The position numbers and the translations under genes were made by a program. A stretch of DNA of 63,836 bases, filler included, from Rhizaria sp. SCN 62-66 (taxonomy: Eukaryota), in NCBI GenBank assembly GCA_001724265.1. It is 5 parts of 5 records of this genome, joined end to end, with 100 filler letters (N's around TTAATTAATTAA, not from the genome) between each part and the next. Parts side by side here need not be neighbours in the genome. Positions count along the whole stretch, not along the records: positions 13,026 to 27,320 come from MEDY01000528.1; positions 27,421 to 40,338 come from MEDY01000529.1; 3 more parts are not named here. The stretch is one strand, 5' to 3'. The notes below the pieces were generated by a model that did not search any database, had not been told where the DNA came from, and was given only the letters and a program-made list of their open reading frames with translations. This document shows positions 24,533 through 37,059 of this stretch, in pieces (the first letter of the stretch is position 1; the number at the start of each line of letters is the position of its first letter).

Positions 24533-27320
24533 ATGTCATCCTCGCGGCACACTGGCACCCTCTCGTCCCAAGTGAGGGCTGCCCAGCGTAGTGAGGACAA
24601 GCGCGCCCGCACAGATGTCGTCAGTGCATCTATCCTCGCGCAGAAGGATCACACGCCACGTCGCTTTCCGCCCGCGGCGTCTCCGTCCTCCCATGGCTCT
24701 TTCAACGCCTCCAGCCGCTCCATTCCCCCTGCGACCGACGTACGTTTTCTCTCCGACAAAAGATCGCTCTCTTTCTTCATTCGTGCACTTTGTCAAAGCC
24801 GCACTTTCTAGCGTCATGCTTTCCTTGTACGCTTTATCGCTTGCTTATCACTTCTGATGTAACCAAATTTTTTTGTTCCCTGTGCTCCCTTTTCAGTCCT
24901 TGTCGGCCTCTTCCTCGCGGCCTTACCCAGTTGCTAAGCCGAGCGGCGAGACTGCGTCCGCGCGCCACCGCCGCGACCAGGCGCTCGAGGCCATGGCGGG
25001 CATCGAGCAGTTCGAGCGCACTCTGGAGCACCAGACTGCCACCGCCTCGTTCTCCTCCGTAGCCGCCCGCTCTCACAGCGCGAACAACACCGGCGCCAGC
25101 GCCGCGACAAGCGGCAACGCGCCCCTGCCACCCGCGCTACTGCCGTCACTGAGCCCGCGCGCGCCCGCGCCCGTATCGGACCCCGACAGCGGCAGCAGCG
25201 CCGGCACGGGCGGCGACAGCCCCGAGGCGCACCTGCGCCGTGTCGCCGCGCTGCTGCCGTCCCCGCAGGAGCAGGCGCAGACTGCCGCGCGGTCCATGGC
25301 GCGCATCGCCGCGCACGCCGAGCACGCCGCGGCAGCGCGCAAGGCCAGCGACCTGCTGCGGCGCCGCGCCGTCGTGTCGCACGAGGCAGCGCATGACGCG
25401 GGCGCGCAGGCGCGGCACCACGCGCTCGTCGCGGCCCGCGCGCGCCACGTCTCCGCTGCCGAACGCGCACTGGGCGACGAACTCTGGCTCTCGCAACAGG
25501 CCAGCACGCTCGTCGACCTGCACTCGGCGGCGCGCGTGGAGCAAGCGCGCCTTACGCGGCTGCACCAGCAGCAGGCTCAGGCCGAGCGCGAGGCCGCGCT
25601 GCGCGCCGCGGCCCGCGAGGCCACCGCGCAAGCGCTCGCCGCCGACCAGGTGCGCCTCGCCGCCGTGCGCCGCGACGCGGACGCCGCGCGCCACGGCGAG
25701 AACATGGCATACTGCCGCTCGCTGGCGGAGCGCATCGTCGCGCTTGCACTCAAGGCGGCCGCGCACCGCGAGCTCTCGCAGCAGGCGGCCGTGCCGACGC
25801 GTGTGTGGGCCGACTGGACTGCGGCCTTCGTGCGCGGCGACCTGCTCCCGCTCCACTCCGCCGCCTCGGACCCCTACAGCCCCGCGTACACCGGCAGCAG
25901 TACCAGTGTCAGCGGCGCGGAGGGCTTCTTCGCGGCCGCGACCACCGGCGGCGTCCCTGGCGCCCGCGCGGCGTGGCTCGCGGGCGCCGACTCGGCGCTC
26001 TCGGCCGCGCTCGCAGCGGTCACCGACGCCGCCGCGCGCGCCGACGCCGATGCCGCCGCCAACAGCAGCGGCAACAGCAGCGGCGGCAGCGGCGCGGGGG
26101 CCTCTGACGGCGCCGGCGCCGGCGCCGGCGCTGGCGGCGCGAACAGGCGCCGGGGTCCTGGTTCGTACGGCAACGCCGACTCGCTGCTGCCCGGCGCGGG
26201 CGGGCTTGGAGGCGCCGTCGCGGGCGCGGGCGCTGCCGCGGCGGCGCTGACGCCCTCGCAGCTGCTGCTAGCCGCGCTGCCGGGGCTCCCCACGCTGCCC
26301 GAGGGCGCGGCGCGGCTCACGGCCGCCGACGTCGACGCCGCGCGCGGGGTCGACCGCGACGCCTGGGCCGCCGCGGCCGCGCTCGGCGACTGCGACGGCG
26401 CCGGCACCAGCGCTGCGGGCACCGGCATAATCGTCTGTGGCAGCAGTGCCGGCGACGAGAGCGCTGCGGCTGCGACAGCTGCTGCGGCGGCTGCCGACGA
26501 GGCGGCGTTCGACGCATACCTGCGCCTCGAGGGGCCCTGGGCGCGCGGCGACGCGCAGCTCCCGCCCGCCTGCGTCCAGTCCGCGGCCGCCGCGGGCAGC
26601 GGCTACGGCGACGACGGCTACGGCGGCGACCTGGCCGCCGCGGCCGCGCCCTCCGTGAACGCCGCCGCCGCCGCCGCCACCGTCGTGGCCGCCACCGTCA
26701 GCAACGCGAGCGCCATGGCCAGCCACGGGTCGCCGCGTCGCACCGGCACCGGCTCCTCCTCGTCATCAGCCTCGGGCTCTGGCGCTGGGAGCAACGGCAA
26801 CGGCAACGGCAGCCGCGTCTCGATGGGTGGCAACCTGAGCGCTGCGCTGCTCGCCGCCGCGAGTGGCCCTGCGTCGGGCGGCAAGGCTGGCGCGAGCGGT
26901 GCCGCCGCGCTCGCCGTCCCCAACCCGGCTCTCGTCCCCGGCGGCGGCGGCGGCAGCACTGGCGGTTTGGGGCTGGGGCACGACGACCCCTCGGTGGCGG
27001 CCTCCGCGGCGGCCGCGACGGCGCTGGCGGCCGAAGGCAACCCGCTGCTGGGCTCGCTGCTGCAGAAGCTCGTCGACGTGGCCGCGGACCGCGAGCCCAA
27101 GGAAGTGCCGGTGACGGTGCCCGCGCTGCCGCTGGGCGTCGTGCTGCTGGGCCGGCCGCTGGCGGGCCGCCGCGAGCTCGCTGCATCGCTGGCGCACCGC
27201 CACGCGCTGCGGCAGCTCCGCATCGAGGCGCTCGCTGCCGACGCCGTGGCCGCGGCGCAGCGCGCTGACCCCGTGCGGCTTGCGCAGGCCGTCAAGGCGG
27301 CGCGGTCTTCGGCCGCCACC
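24533..27320 (+). CDS. SPEF2: SPEF2/CPC1-like flagellar central-pair protein, 3'-partial; join(24533..24739,24897..>27320)
   Basis: Blocks in SPEF2 order: RHGENMAYCRSLAERIVALALKAAAHR...VPTRVWADWTAAFVRG, FDAYLRLEGPW, NPLLGSLLQKLV and an adenylate-kinase-like LLGRPLAGRR, separated by Ala/Gly-rich inserts. Phase-0 intron GTACGT...TTTCAG. Confidence 0.75.
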
Positions 27321-27420
27321 NNNNNNNNNNNNNNNNNNNNNNNNNNNNNNNNNNNNNNNNNNNNTTAATTAATTAANNNNNNNNNNNNNNNNNNNNNNNN
27401 NNNNNNNNNNNNNNNNNNNN
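27321..27420. other. Artificial contig spacer
   Basis: N44-TTAATTAATTAA-N44. Confidence 0.98.
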
Positions 27421-27429
27421 GTTATCTGA

Positions 27430-28177
27430 ATATAATTCGAATTATATGTATTTAAATGCTTATCATTTACACAAGAAACACCACTTTTGAACACAGAAAC
27501 ACCACCTTTGGACACAGCGGGGGAATACACCGCGGGCCGTCTTCGTCACCGTCTCACATGCTTTTTTATGTAAAATGTCGTGCGTCACAGGTGCCCTGGT
27601 GCGTCGAGAGCTCGGGCGCCATGCGCTGGCCCTCGAGCACGCACAGGACCTCGAGCGGAGCTTCTCGCCCGCCACGTGCGGCGGCACGCGCGCGATGTCG
27701 GCCGCCGAGCTCAGCTCGAGCGTGTTAGCGAGGTACTTGGTCAGCGCAACAGGCGCGATCATGTCCATGGTCGTGGTGTCGATGTTGAGCATAACCACTG
27801 GTAAGTCCGCGCGCGCCGACGCGGGGCGCCTGGAACAGCTCCTGCAGCAGCACGGCGCCCTGCCCCAAAGTGGGCATCTCGGCAAGCTTGGCTAGGTCAA
27901 AGAGGCTCGGGCCGTTGGTCAGCGACTGCTGTTATGTTTGCAACCGACATTTCGCATAAAATTCCGCATAAAATTCCAAGTTTCCCCGGCTCACACTGAG
28001 GCCATCCACGGCCGTTTCAGGGTGTGTATATAAAGGTGGTGTTTCTTGTGTACACAGACACCCCGAATCTGAAAGCTGTCTTACACTAATATAACTCGAA
28101 TGATATTATCATAATACAATTTTTTCAATGAAAATCACGGTCTGTGTATATAGGAAACAACACCTTTGTAGACAGCG
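27430..28177. repeat. Inverted-repeat structure (palindrome plus GAAACACCACCTTT subrepeats) around a GC-rich gene fragment; possible non-autonomous DNA transposon
   Basis: Palindrome ATATAATTCGAATTATAT at 27430-27447 with a degenerate copy at ~28089-28108. ACACAAGAAACACCAC(C/T)TTT-type units are direct at ~27468-27512 and ~28142-28168, and inverted at ~28031-28052. Confidence 0.55.
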
Positions 28178-31126
28178 ACCGCACCTCGGTGTATCTTCGT
28201 TTTCTGTTAGTGGTGAGATTTGGTTTGTACGTGTACATGTACGTATGCAGATTGACGACTGAAACAGCTGATTGTACCCGCGCCGCAGCCCCGCTCGGAC
28301 CACTGCCTCCAGCTCCTGCACACACCGCCCCCGACAGGTACTCGAGCAGCGGCCGCGGCCACAGAGGCGGCCTGCCCCGTCACCTGCGCCGCATAGTCAG
28401 TCAGCGCGGCGAGCGAGAGCGTGGTTATGTTGCGCAGCGTCACGCACACGTGGGACTTGCGCGGCGCAGCGGCGGTGTTGACGGCGCCATCCTTTGGAGG
28501 CTCCTCGGGCGACGCGGCGGGCGCTGCATTGACGGTGGCGGCAGCAGCAGATGCGCGAGAAGCAGCAGCGCCCCAGCGACGACCGCGACTACTGCGGTCA
28601 TCACAGCCGTCATCACCGCCGCAATCGCTGCCGTTAGCATTCATGGCACAGTCAACGGCCTCTGAGGCGGCAGTGGCAGCGGCGGCGAACGCGGCTTCCA
28701 TCCTGGAAACGACGGGGACCGGCAACAGTGTGGACGCATCGTCCTCGCGCTGCTGCATGCCGAGGAATGTCGGGTCGCGGGTAAACACACAACGTCCTTG
28801 TTGTCTGCGTCCAGCTGCGTAAACAAGTACGCGAGCTGCGTGCCGTCGAAGCATAGCCCCGCCGCGGCGGTCAGCGCCTTTTGCAGGCTCGCGACGATGG
28901 TGTGTTGTCGCACCAGCGCGTTGTGCACCGGGGGGATTGAAGTGCACCATGTACGAATGCAGCGGTTTCACGTTCTAAAGCTGAACGCCAGGTTGGACTG
29001 GGCAGTGACTTTGCGGCCCTTCGTGCCTGGAGGCTTGCGGGCCACAAGCGTGAGATGGAACGTATTTGGAAGAAACACGTTGACTGGAGGTCATCTTAAC
29101 TGAAAGGAGACGCGGTTAAGTATGATATCTCAACTGTCGACCTCCCAATAGCAACATAGCAACTTGAAATAGATATTTTGCACTCAATTAATGCATCTCC
29201 AATTATTTTATTAAATCGTGTAGCTAATGAGATACCCGTTTTTGTAAACCCGAACACTGTCTGACTTTGCAACTGCTGCCGTTGAGGCGCATCAACATAC
29301 AATGTACTGTACATACTAAGTATCTCTTACTGGGCACGATATCATGGCGATTCGCGTGGTTCTGGTCGCTGAGTCAGCGATTGCGTCTTTTATCAGTCGA
29401 TGTGTGTGTCGTCGATCACTATTAATGCTGGCGGTTGCAGCACTGCGCTACACACTGTCGTGCGCGGTCGCAACGCTACGGTTGACCTGGCTAATTTTGT
29501 CGGTGAGCTGGTCATCCATTCGAACGTAGTTAACGTCGACGTTGAACAGCTGCTGAGATAGCAGCCAACTAGATAAAGCTGGGAATGCATGATGCCCTTG
29601 ATGTCGCGCAGAACGCACTTTGCGAAATTGAACCGTGCCAGTTGACAAAGCGCCGGAGACATCTGACAGCAAACATAATGTCGCTGCGGTCGCAGCGGAC
29701 CAGGTGGCTAAGCTGGACAGTGAGATGCATATCGCTGGCGTCGCTGGCGTCGTCGTAGCTGATGTCGTACTCGGTTGTCGCCGCCGGTGATGGTGACGGT
29801 CATCGTATTGCCGCCACCAAGCCCAGGTGAGCGACGCTGTTGTGCCGACATCAACTTGGAGAGCGGCAGTTTTGTCTGCTGCTTTGGCGTGGGCGTGGTA
29901 CAAGCCCCACTTGGCCGTCGCTTGACAACCAAGGTTCAGCCGCCGTTGTGCCGCTCGAAGCGGCAGTCAAGACAGGTTAAGCTTTTCGTCGTCGGTGGTC
30001 CTGCAGCGGGCCGCAAACTGAGGCTCGATTGCGTCAATGTCGACGCAATCCCCTTGTCGCTACAGCCACCGCATTGTCGTCAACGAAACAGCTCAGCAGC
30101 GCTGCATCGGTGTGGTGTCGTGGCGCGCGTACACGCTCGGGTCCTTGAGCGTTGGCATTTACACGAAGCTGAGCGTGAGCGAGTGTCCACTCAACACTCC
30201 CGGGCGCGATCGTGGCCATGCCCGCGCTCTCCACGACAGCAATAAACGCCGTCAGCGACGCGAGTCATGTCGGCTCGAAAGTGTTCCTTCAGACCTTGCT
30301 TCGCACGCGCAAGCGCAGCATCGATTTCGTGTCCATAGCGCCGACATCAGCAATGCGGACTCGGCTCTCGCAAACTCCTTGCTGCTGCGTCGAGCGCCGA
30401 ACTGGACGCGAACCCTGCGGTTACACTGGGGGGATAGCCGTATCAAGTCCTCCATACGGGAGTGAGACTACGACAAGGCTCTCGGATTCGGACTGTGTGA
30501 TGGGAGCACAATGAACAAGTTGTCACCGTAGAACTAATCGTATTAGTATCAAATAATATTAATCTCGTGAATACTAATAGGTAGAATCGAATTGGATGGC
30601 GAAAGGCAATGGGCCCTAGCCGGGTCTTTTTTCTCTGTCACGTTCTGCTCTCAACTAAAAGCATGCAATTGAATAACAAAGTAATCTTGCGTGCATCGGG
30701 TTGTAGCAAATCTCAAATAATATGTTTTATTTTCTTTAAGTTATAATATTTTAGCACTAAATATTGTCGCGTTGTCGAGTAACAGGCTAAGCTGCTCCTC
30801 CGGGAGGAGCGCTGCGCAGCAGGCTCGAAGACGAAGAAATCAGCCCTGATGAAGGCCCCCCTCATGATTTCGAGGCAAAACGGGTTCCTGTGGTAGAGGG
30901 CGAACATGAAGGACAGGTTCCTGCCTCGGCCGAGTGCCGTGGGCTCGGGGCGGATCTCGCCAGAAGGAAAACCGGCCCCGCGCGACCTAGTAGCAGCAGC
31001 TGGAGCATACTATGTCGTATGAATATAACGCTGCCTACGCGGTCGTCGACGCTTCTCCCGGTGGGATTATGGTCATGAACGAGGCGGGCTTACTAAACAA
31101 TCCCGAACAGAATTTTTACTTCACTG

Positions 31127-31302
31127 TGAGATATTGACCATAAGGATGAGCTGATGCGGTTGGAGGATGACACGACCGGCAGGGCTAAAGGGCCCATAGC
31201 GGTGCGGAGGAGACGCAGAAAATCAGCGCTGCGCATACTGTACGTGTTGATGTTGTCAGTAGCGCCAATTTTTTGATTGAGAAGTGCGATAGAAATGAGC
31301 CA
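31127..31302 (+). repeat. Dispersed repeat, copy 1
   Basis: First 30 nt (TGAGATATTGACCATAAGGATGAGCTGATG) are identical to 53734-53763. Similarity continues to AGAAGTGCGAT...TGAGCC with one ~45-nt indel. Confidence 0.85.
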
Positions 31303-32989
31303 GGGACCAGTGAGGCCCCAGTGATGGCAAAAGTCTTAACAACGGCCACATCACCGATCAGTCATTATTTCGGAGGAACTCGCACATATGTCAACATGTG
31401 TCACAAGAATGACGATGATCTGAGGCTTGCTGACCGTCTGGGACAGGGTTGGAGCTGCTGGCTGCATAAGGTGAGATGACCGATCAATTAAAGTCGATAA
31501 AACGGCATGTTACTGATTACTAATAATAAATACATCCAAAATGTTTTTATCGTGTCATCTATAGCCTGTAATATCAGTAAAAGCCATCTGAACGCCGGTG
31601 TAACAGACCGCAGCTGACTGGGCATCGATGTCTTGAGTGCTGATATTGCAAAACAAAGCAAGAATACCGACACATGGGGGCTTATTGGCCACAAATAGCA
31701 ATGTTTTACCGCAAAGTGACTTGCGAGGTCGTCAGCATTGCTCTGGGTAATGTGCTACTGGTCGATCGACTCTACGAAGATCGGACATCGTGGCAAGACG
31801 GTTGTAAATCAGCCTCACGCCCAGGTTCGCGTCCGCTCTATCTACCACAGTAAATTGCAATAACCATATACCCGATGGTTCCGAATAATTTCTCACTTAC
31901 GCGTTCCTTCCTGCTCTAAAAACGCGTTTCCCTACTAGCTTCGCGTGTTAGGAAATTGACTGTGAGCAGTTTCAGAGTTTAATTCTCCGGAACAAACCGA
32001 TGGAATTGGTACCACTTTGGTGCAATTCATGAGATTGATATAAGAAAAACGCAATACAAATCGATCTTTTCTACCTAGGAGGAGGATCCTCTCACTCTAG
32101 CATCGCGAACCCTCTCTTTGGAGCCCAGCTCCGCCCATCTTCCTGCTTTGCGGCTCCTTCTCTGTGGTTTCATTTTGTCTCGCCTTGTGTCTTGCCTTGC
32201 CAGCCTTTGCTGTTCAGCTTCACATGTGACAGATGAGCGGTGGGAGGAACTTGCGCAGCTCATCTTCGCTTGGGCCAGCCAGGTGAGAAGAAGCTTGACA
32301 AGACTGCTTCATGGGTTGACAATATCCACTCGACTAGTCACAACAACAACCTTAAACGGCGTATCAAGAGGTCTTCGCAGCATGACGACGACGAAAATTC
32401 GGCACAACACCATCCCAACAAGACAACTGTGGGTGTAGGCGACACTCGCCATGGTGGTCGTCATCATAAGGCGTTGCACGACTCTGACTCAGATGGCTCA
32501 GACTCTCCGTGTAGGCGCTGCTGACTCGAACGCTCAGGTCACCGCTACTATAAAAGCGTCCCCGCCCTCTCCCTGTCACTGCCACCAGGTACTAGTCTGA
32601 ACAGACGGTAGCACATTATGCGAGTTCTGTTAGCGCGAGAGCGAGATCTATTAATACGCGCTCCTGGGGCTAGCCTTGTACAAGCCTAGTTTTCGGGTGG
32701 GGCAGCGGTGGCAAGTGTTGTTGCTGTGCTCGGCTGTCGGCGTCGTCTTAGACCCCGGCTCACGGCCAGCTGCTAAGGCGTCGAGGAAAGGTGTAATGCA
32801 CTGTATATGTAATATTAATATATGTATTACGCTCTGGCTCGAACGCTTTACAGTATAAATATTACAAAAGGAGGTGCTCCGCATGGTAGTTCGTGGCGCT
32901 GGCGTGTTGGGTCGATGTGCTCACCACAGTGAGTACAAGGGTGTCCCGTCTAACTGGCGAGACCTTCACTGGCTCCTCACCGAGCATTA

Positions 32990-35000
32990 CGCGCTTGTAA
33001 AGATCAAAGTCGAACGTGTCGTACACCTGAGGATGCCCTTGTAGCCCTTCTTCGCGTGGCCACCCGTCAGGCTCAACACATACGTCTTAGCACGCAGCAT
33101 GGCCTTCTCCAGCGCTGTGTCGCCGGCGATCTCCTTCTGAGGAACCCAAGCTTTCCATTGTTCGCGGCTTCGCTGGGGTGATCGGTGGGGTAGCTCGACG
33201 TGTCGTAGATGGCGCGCAGCTCCGGGGTGCTGGCGATGTAGTGCTTGAACGTCTCGCCAAAGTGTTGGATGAGCAGACTGCGGGGTGGCTGAGACGGCCC
33301 ATTGTGCGCCAAGCCGCCACACGTTGTGGAAACGCGCCTGGCTAATCTGGCAACGGACCAGCTTGTGACCCTCGGGCATGGCGGGGAAGAAGCGCAGACC
33401 ACCACGATCGTCGACTCCGTTCACAGTTTTCCCGCAACAGTGGTTGCTGAGGCCCTTGCAGATGTTCTCGAACGGTTCGTCACCGCGGTTCTAGGCCTCG
33501 ACGCGCAGCTGGGCGTTGCGCTTGGCGAACTCAGCGAACACGGCCTCCGAGCAGCACCGCAGCACCGCAGACACGCGCTTGAGCACGACACCGACTCTCA
33601 GCAGCGCTGTCAGGTAGCGAAACCCGATGTGGTCGTCATCGAAGCGCTGCATCAGCTTGCGGTTGTTGTCGGCTCTCCCATCGCGACCTGTTGTGCGCTC
33701 ATCTGCTCGCAAATGGCCGCGCTGTGCACGAGCCCCACGAACGGGCATTCGAGCAACTCGTCTTGGACCTCAGGCATGCGGTGCGGGAACGCGAGCTTGA
33801 AGGTGACGAGCGTGCGGTCAAACCTGTGCTTCTCGACCCACGCGTGCACGTACGGCAGGTTACCGCGTAACTGCTTGGCGCACTTGTCGAGGCTCGCGCC
33901 CATGTGCTTGAAGGAGTCGTGGAACTGCAGGTCCGCGCCCAGTTGAGCATAGACGTATTTTGTGCTCGACTGCGACAGTGACTTGGTTGCGTTGTTCTAC
34001 CACGGTCAGCTTCGGGTGCGCCATGCGCAGTCCTGTGCGGATTTCCTCAGGCGCGGCGTATGCAATGACGAGATTGGTGTCGAAAGCGGCTCCGTTGTGT
34101 GCCCAGAACGTTGTTGCTGCATGTTTGGTGATGCGGCAGTGCGGGTTGCACGCGAACTTCGGCGCCCAGCCGCGGAACGCACCCAGGTGCTGGTTCTTGA
34201 GCAAGGGCTTCGGGTGGTAGTAGTAGGGCACTGCGGGTCCTCCTCGGTGAACTAGCCGTCGCACATGTAGCAGCGCGTCTTGGACGTGGATATCATCGGG
34301 GCGCTAGAGCGAGAAGCCGCGACAGGTTCGTGATCCTCACGAAATGTTCTTGCAAGTTCGCGGAGTCGACGTCACCGCAACGTGTGAACAGGCAGACGTC
34401 GATGTCGGTCTCCATACCCATATGACCAGCGCGCACGCGCTCGTGGGTCTCGCTTGTGGCGTCGCCCGGATCAGCGCTCCCCACGTGCACGATGGTCTTG
34501 GTCTGGAAGCCGTCATCATCAGTGTGGACAACAGTGTAAGTCGGCAAGACGCTGCGGCAGCGGGTGAACAGTATAGAGTCAAAGATGTTGCGCGATAGAC
34601 GCTCAACCACGTCAGCAATGCGCCCGAGGAAGGCGTGGCTGTCCTCCTTGCCGGTCGTGTAGTCGGCGAGGACGATGCGCTTGGCATCAGGCGCGCTGGC
34701 GCTATTTATTGATGTCCTGGAGAGTCCTTGGTAAGAGTGTAGCATGTGGCAGACATTTGTCACTGGTGATTTGATTCTAGTAACTCGTTTCTTGTTGGTC
34801 ATAGGGCAAGAAAACTCGCAGGAATAATACATATTTTCTGCGTGACACGTGTACTCCAGCACTTTCTGCATCGTGGCGTCCGTTTAGCGGTTGTTGCACG
34901 GTTTCCCGCGGTTGTGCGAATGGCTTACGACCTTGTAGGTGTTTACGCAGTCCATCGACTTGCGCAACACGATGCGGAATGTCATGCAGTGCTGCTCCAC
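32990..35000 (-). pseudogene. Decayed protein-primed family-B DNA polymerase of Polinton/Maverick type
   Basis: Colinear fragments across frameshifts: CYMC..FTEED, GAFRGWA...CN, HNGAAFD (ExoII), FHDSFKHMGASLDK, KLAFP, KGLSNHCCGKT (motif B-like), YDTSSYPTDHP...GKLGFL and LRAKTY...KGYKGI. Motifs A and C appear deleted. Confidence 0.85.
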
Positions 35001-37013
35001 GGCAGTTGGTCGTTACACTTCTCGAACGTGACGATGTTACAAATGGCGAAACGCGGCGGTTGGGTAGCTGGGCGGTCAGGGTGGTAGATCTAGCTGAGCA
35101 TCAGCAGCTCGCTTGGCCCGACACTTTTCGCTGCAGAGCACGGGGAGAGCTCGCCGCGGAAGGTGCTGTGGTAGCTGCCTCAATCTTCCTGGAGAGGTGT
35201 TTGTAGTCCCTATGTCAGCGATGACGTTGTCGCCGCGCTCGCTGCACATGCGGTTCAGGATGACCTTCTCCGCTTGTACTTGTTCAGTCCCGTGTCGAAA
35301 CCGAATTTCTCCGCTCAGCGGCTGTGACGCTCAGCGCAGAGAGTGGACCTCTCGCCATAGATCTCCGACGCGCTGTCCCTGTAGAGCTTGCCGAAGCGCG
35401 ATCCCTGTATGTCGTTGATCAGCTCGCTTTGCAGCAGTGACAACAGTTCCGCGCCGACCCCGACTCCGCATCCTCTGCAAGCGGCAGTCGCTCGTTGAGC
35501 TGCTCAGCAGTGTAGTTGTCGCCGGGTTGCTCGAGTGGGGGAAACGTCATCGTGTTCGAGTACACGATCTGGGGCTGGTCAGGCGTGTATCTGATAGAGT
35601 GCTCAATGATTTCGTTGAGCATCTGGCCTGTGGACAGCAGTCCCTGCACCGACTGAATCCTGGTACGCATGAGCGCGACTCAAGTGCGTTCAGCAACTCC
35701 CTCATCCTCGCAGAGAACCTTGAGAGAGCGACCGTGTACTTCGACTCCTTACGGATGCGCTGCTCAAGGAGCGTGTTAAACGCGCGGCGGGCAGAGATAA
35801 TGGGCTGCGCCGCCTCGACTACAATCGTTGCGTGCTCCGGTGCGAGTCCCATCTTGTCAGCGATGCCCGCCAGCGTCCTGGTCATGGCGAAAATGGATAA
35901 GCGTGACAGCAGAGAGACCAGCCCGTTCTTGCCATAGACGTTGTGTACACGTTGCCAGTGAGAGACACTAGACAGTCGAGGTACCTTAAGAGGGCGTTTT
36001 GATGGACTAGTCCGTGATTGTCACCCCGCGTGTGTGCGCAAGTAGGTCCGGGTTTGCGCATGGAGCTTGACGGGGTCCTTGCTGGAGTAGTTCTTTGTCT
36101 CGATGCTGCACGCTTTAACGATGGCCAGATCGGTGATGTAGACCTAGGGGTCGCTGGTGTAGGACAGGGTGGCGGTTGTGTCGACGCATTGCCGAGTCCT
36201 TGCCCTGGAGCTGAGTCACCGTGTTGTAAAGCGACGCCGGCTCGCGTAGTTGTTCGTGAGACGGGAGGTGCACATTTGCTTGTGCACGTCGTCGACCGCC
36301 CTCCATGGTGTTTGTGGTGACGTGCACTCGCTTCTTGCTGAGAGTAGTTGCCATCCCCTTGGTGTCGCCAAGGTTGGCGCCAGCTGCGCTGTCAGGAAAC
36401 TCAAGTTGGAGCGACAGATCGATGTCACGTTTAGGGCTGTGGCCAACCGTCGGCAAGTCCACAGTACGGATTAAGTGTTCAAACTTCTGCTTGGATGTCT
36501 TGTCATCGAGGAGTGCGAGCGCGCCACTGTCTGTGTCGAACCTCACCTCGTGCCGCTTGAACTTGTTTACCTGCGTTGGCGTCCAGCCAATGGAAACCGC
36601 GATCGATGGCAAGACGGAGCGAGGTAAAGATCGAACCAAAAGCGTACGCGCACGCGTGGTCAACGATCATGCGCGCCTGGAGCCACCAACAACGAGGCGA
36701 GACTTATATCGCCCGAGAACCTCGCCTTAGATGAGCTTCGGCGAGTTCACGAAGTATGAGCGGATGATGTCGCCGCGATGGGCAGGGCGTCCGACGAGAG
36801 CTCAGCGAGCGTGACTTTGAGCGGCACCTGTTCAAGTTCCCGCTCGCGCGCAGCCCGCCAGGACGACACCTCCTTCTCGATGGAGGCCGTGCCGGCAATC
36901 GCAAAGTGTGACTTGGGGAGAGCAAGCGTGTAGACATACCGAACCGCAACTCGATCGGGACAAGGATTTGCGGTTGAGGGAGGGGGCAAGGACGGGTCGG
37001 ACGGAGTCGACAA
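35001..37013 (-). pseudogene. Frameshifted coding remnants co-oriented with the PolB relic (unidentified; PolB N-terminus or neighbouring element genes)
   Basis: Protein-like fragments in shifting frames (35419-35885, 36115-36663, 36747-37013), with no introns and no recognisable motif. Confidence 0.4.
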
Positions 37014-37059
37014 GCCGGCAGCTACTAGTACTGTACTAGTACGAGTAAGAAGGATCTCT

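Noticed and set aside
27468-27517. Short direct repeats resembling a CRISPR array
   Set aside because: Only two adjacent units, no spacers, no cas genes, eukaryotic context.
29340-30500. Possible gag-like remnants
   Set aside because: No recognisable motif and no consistent frame.
32434-32865. Two candidate solo LTRs (TGT...ACA, TATAAAA at ~32549)
   Set aside because: No second copy, no matching TSD and no convincing PBS.
33491-35095. TAG codons in the PolB relic as evidence for recoding
   Set aside because: The relic also has frameshifts and an in-frame TAA, so its stops are uninformative.
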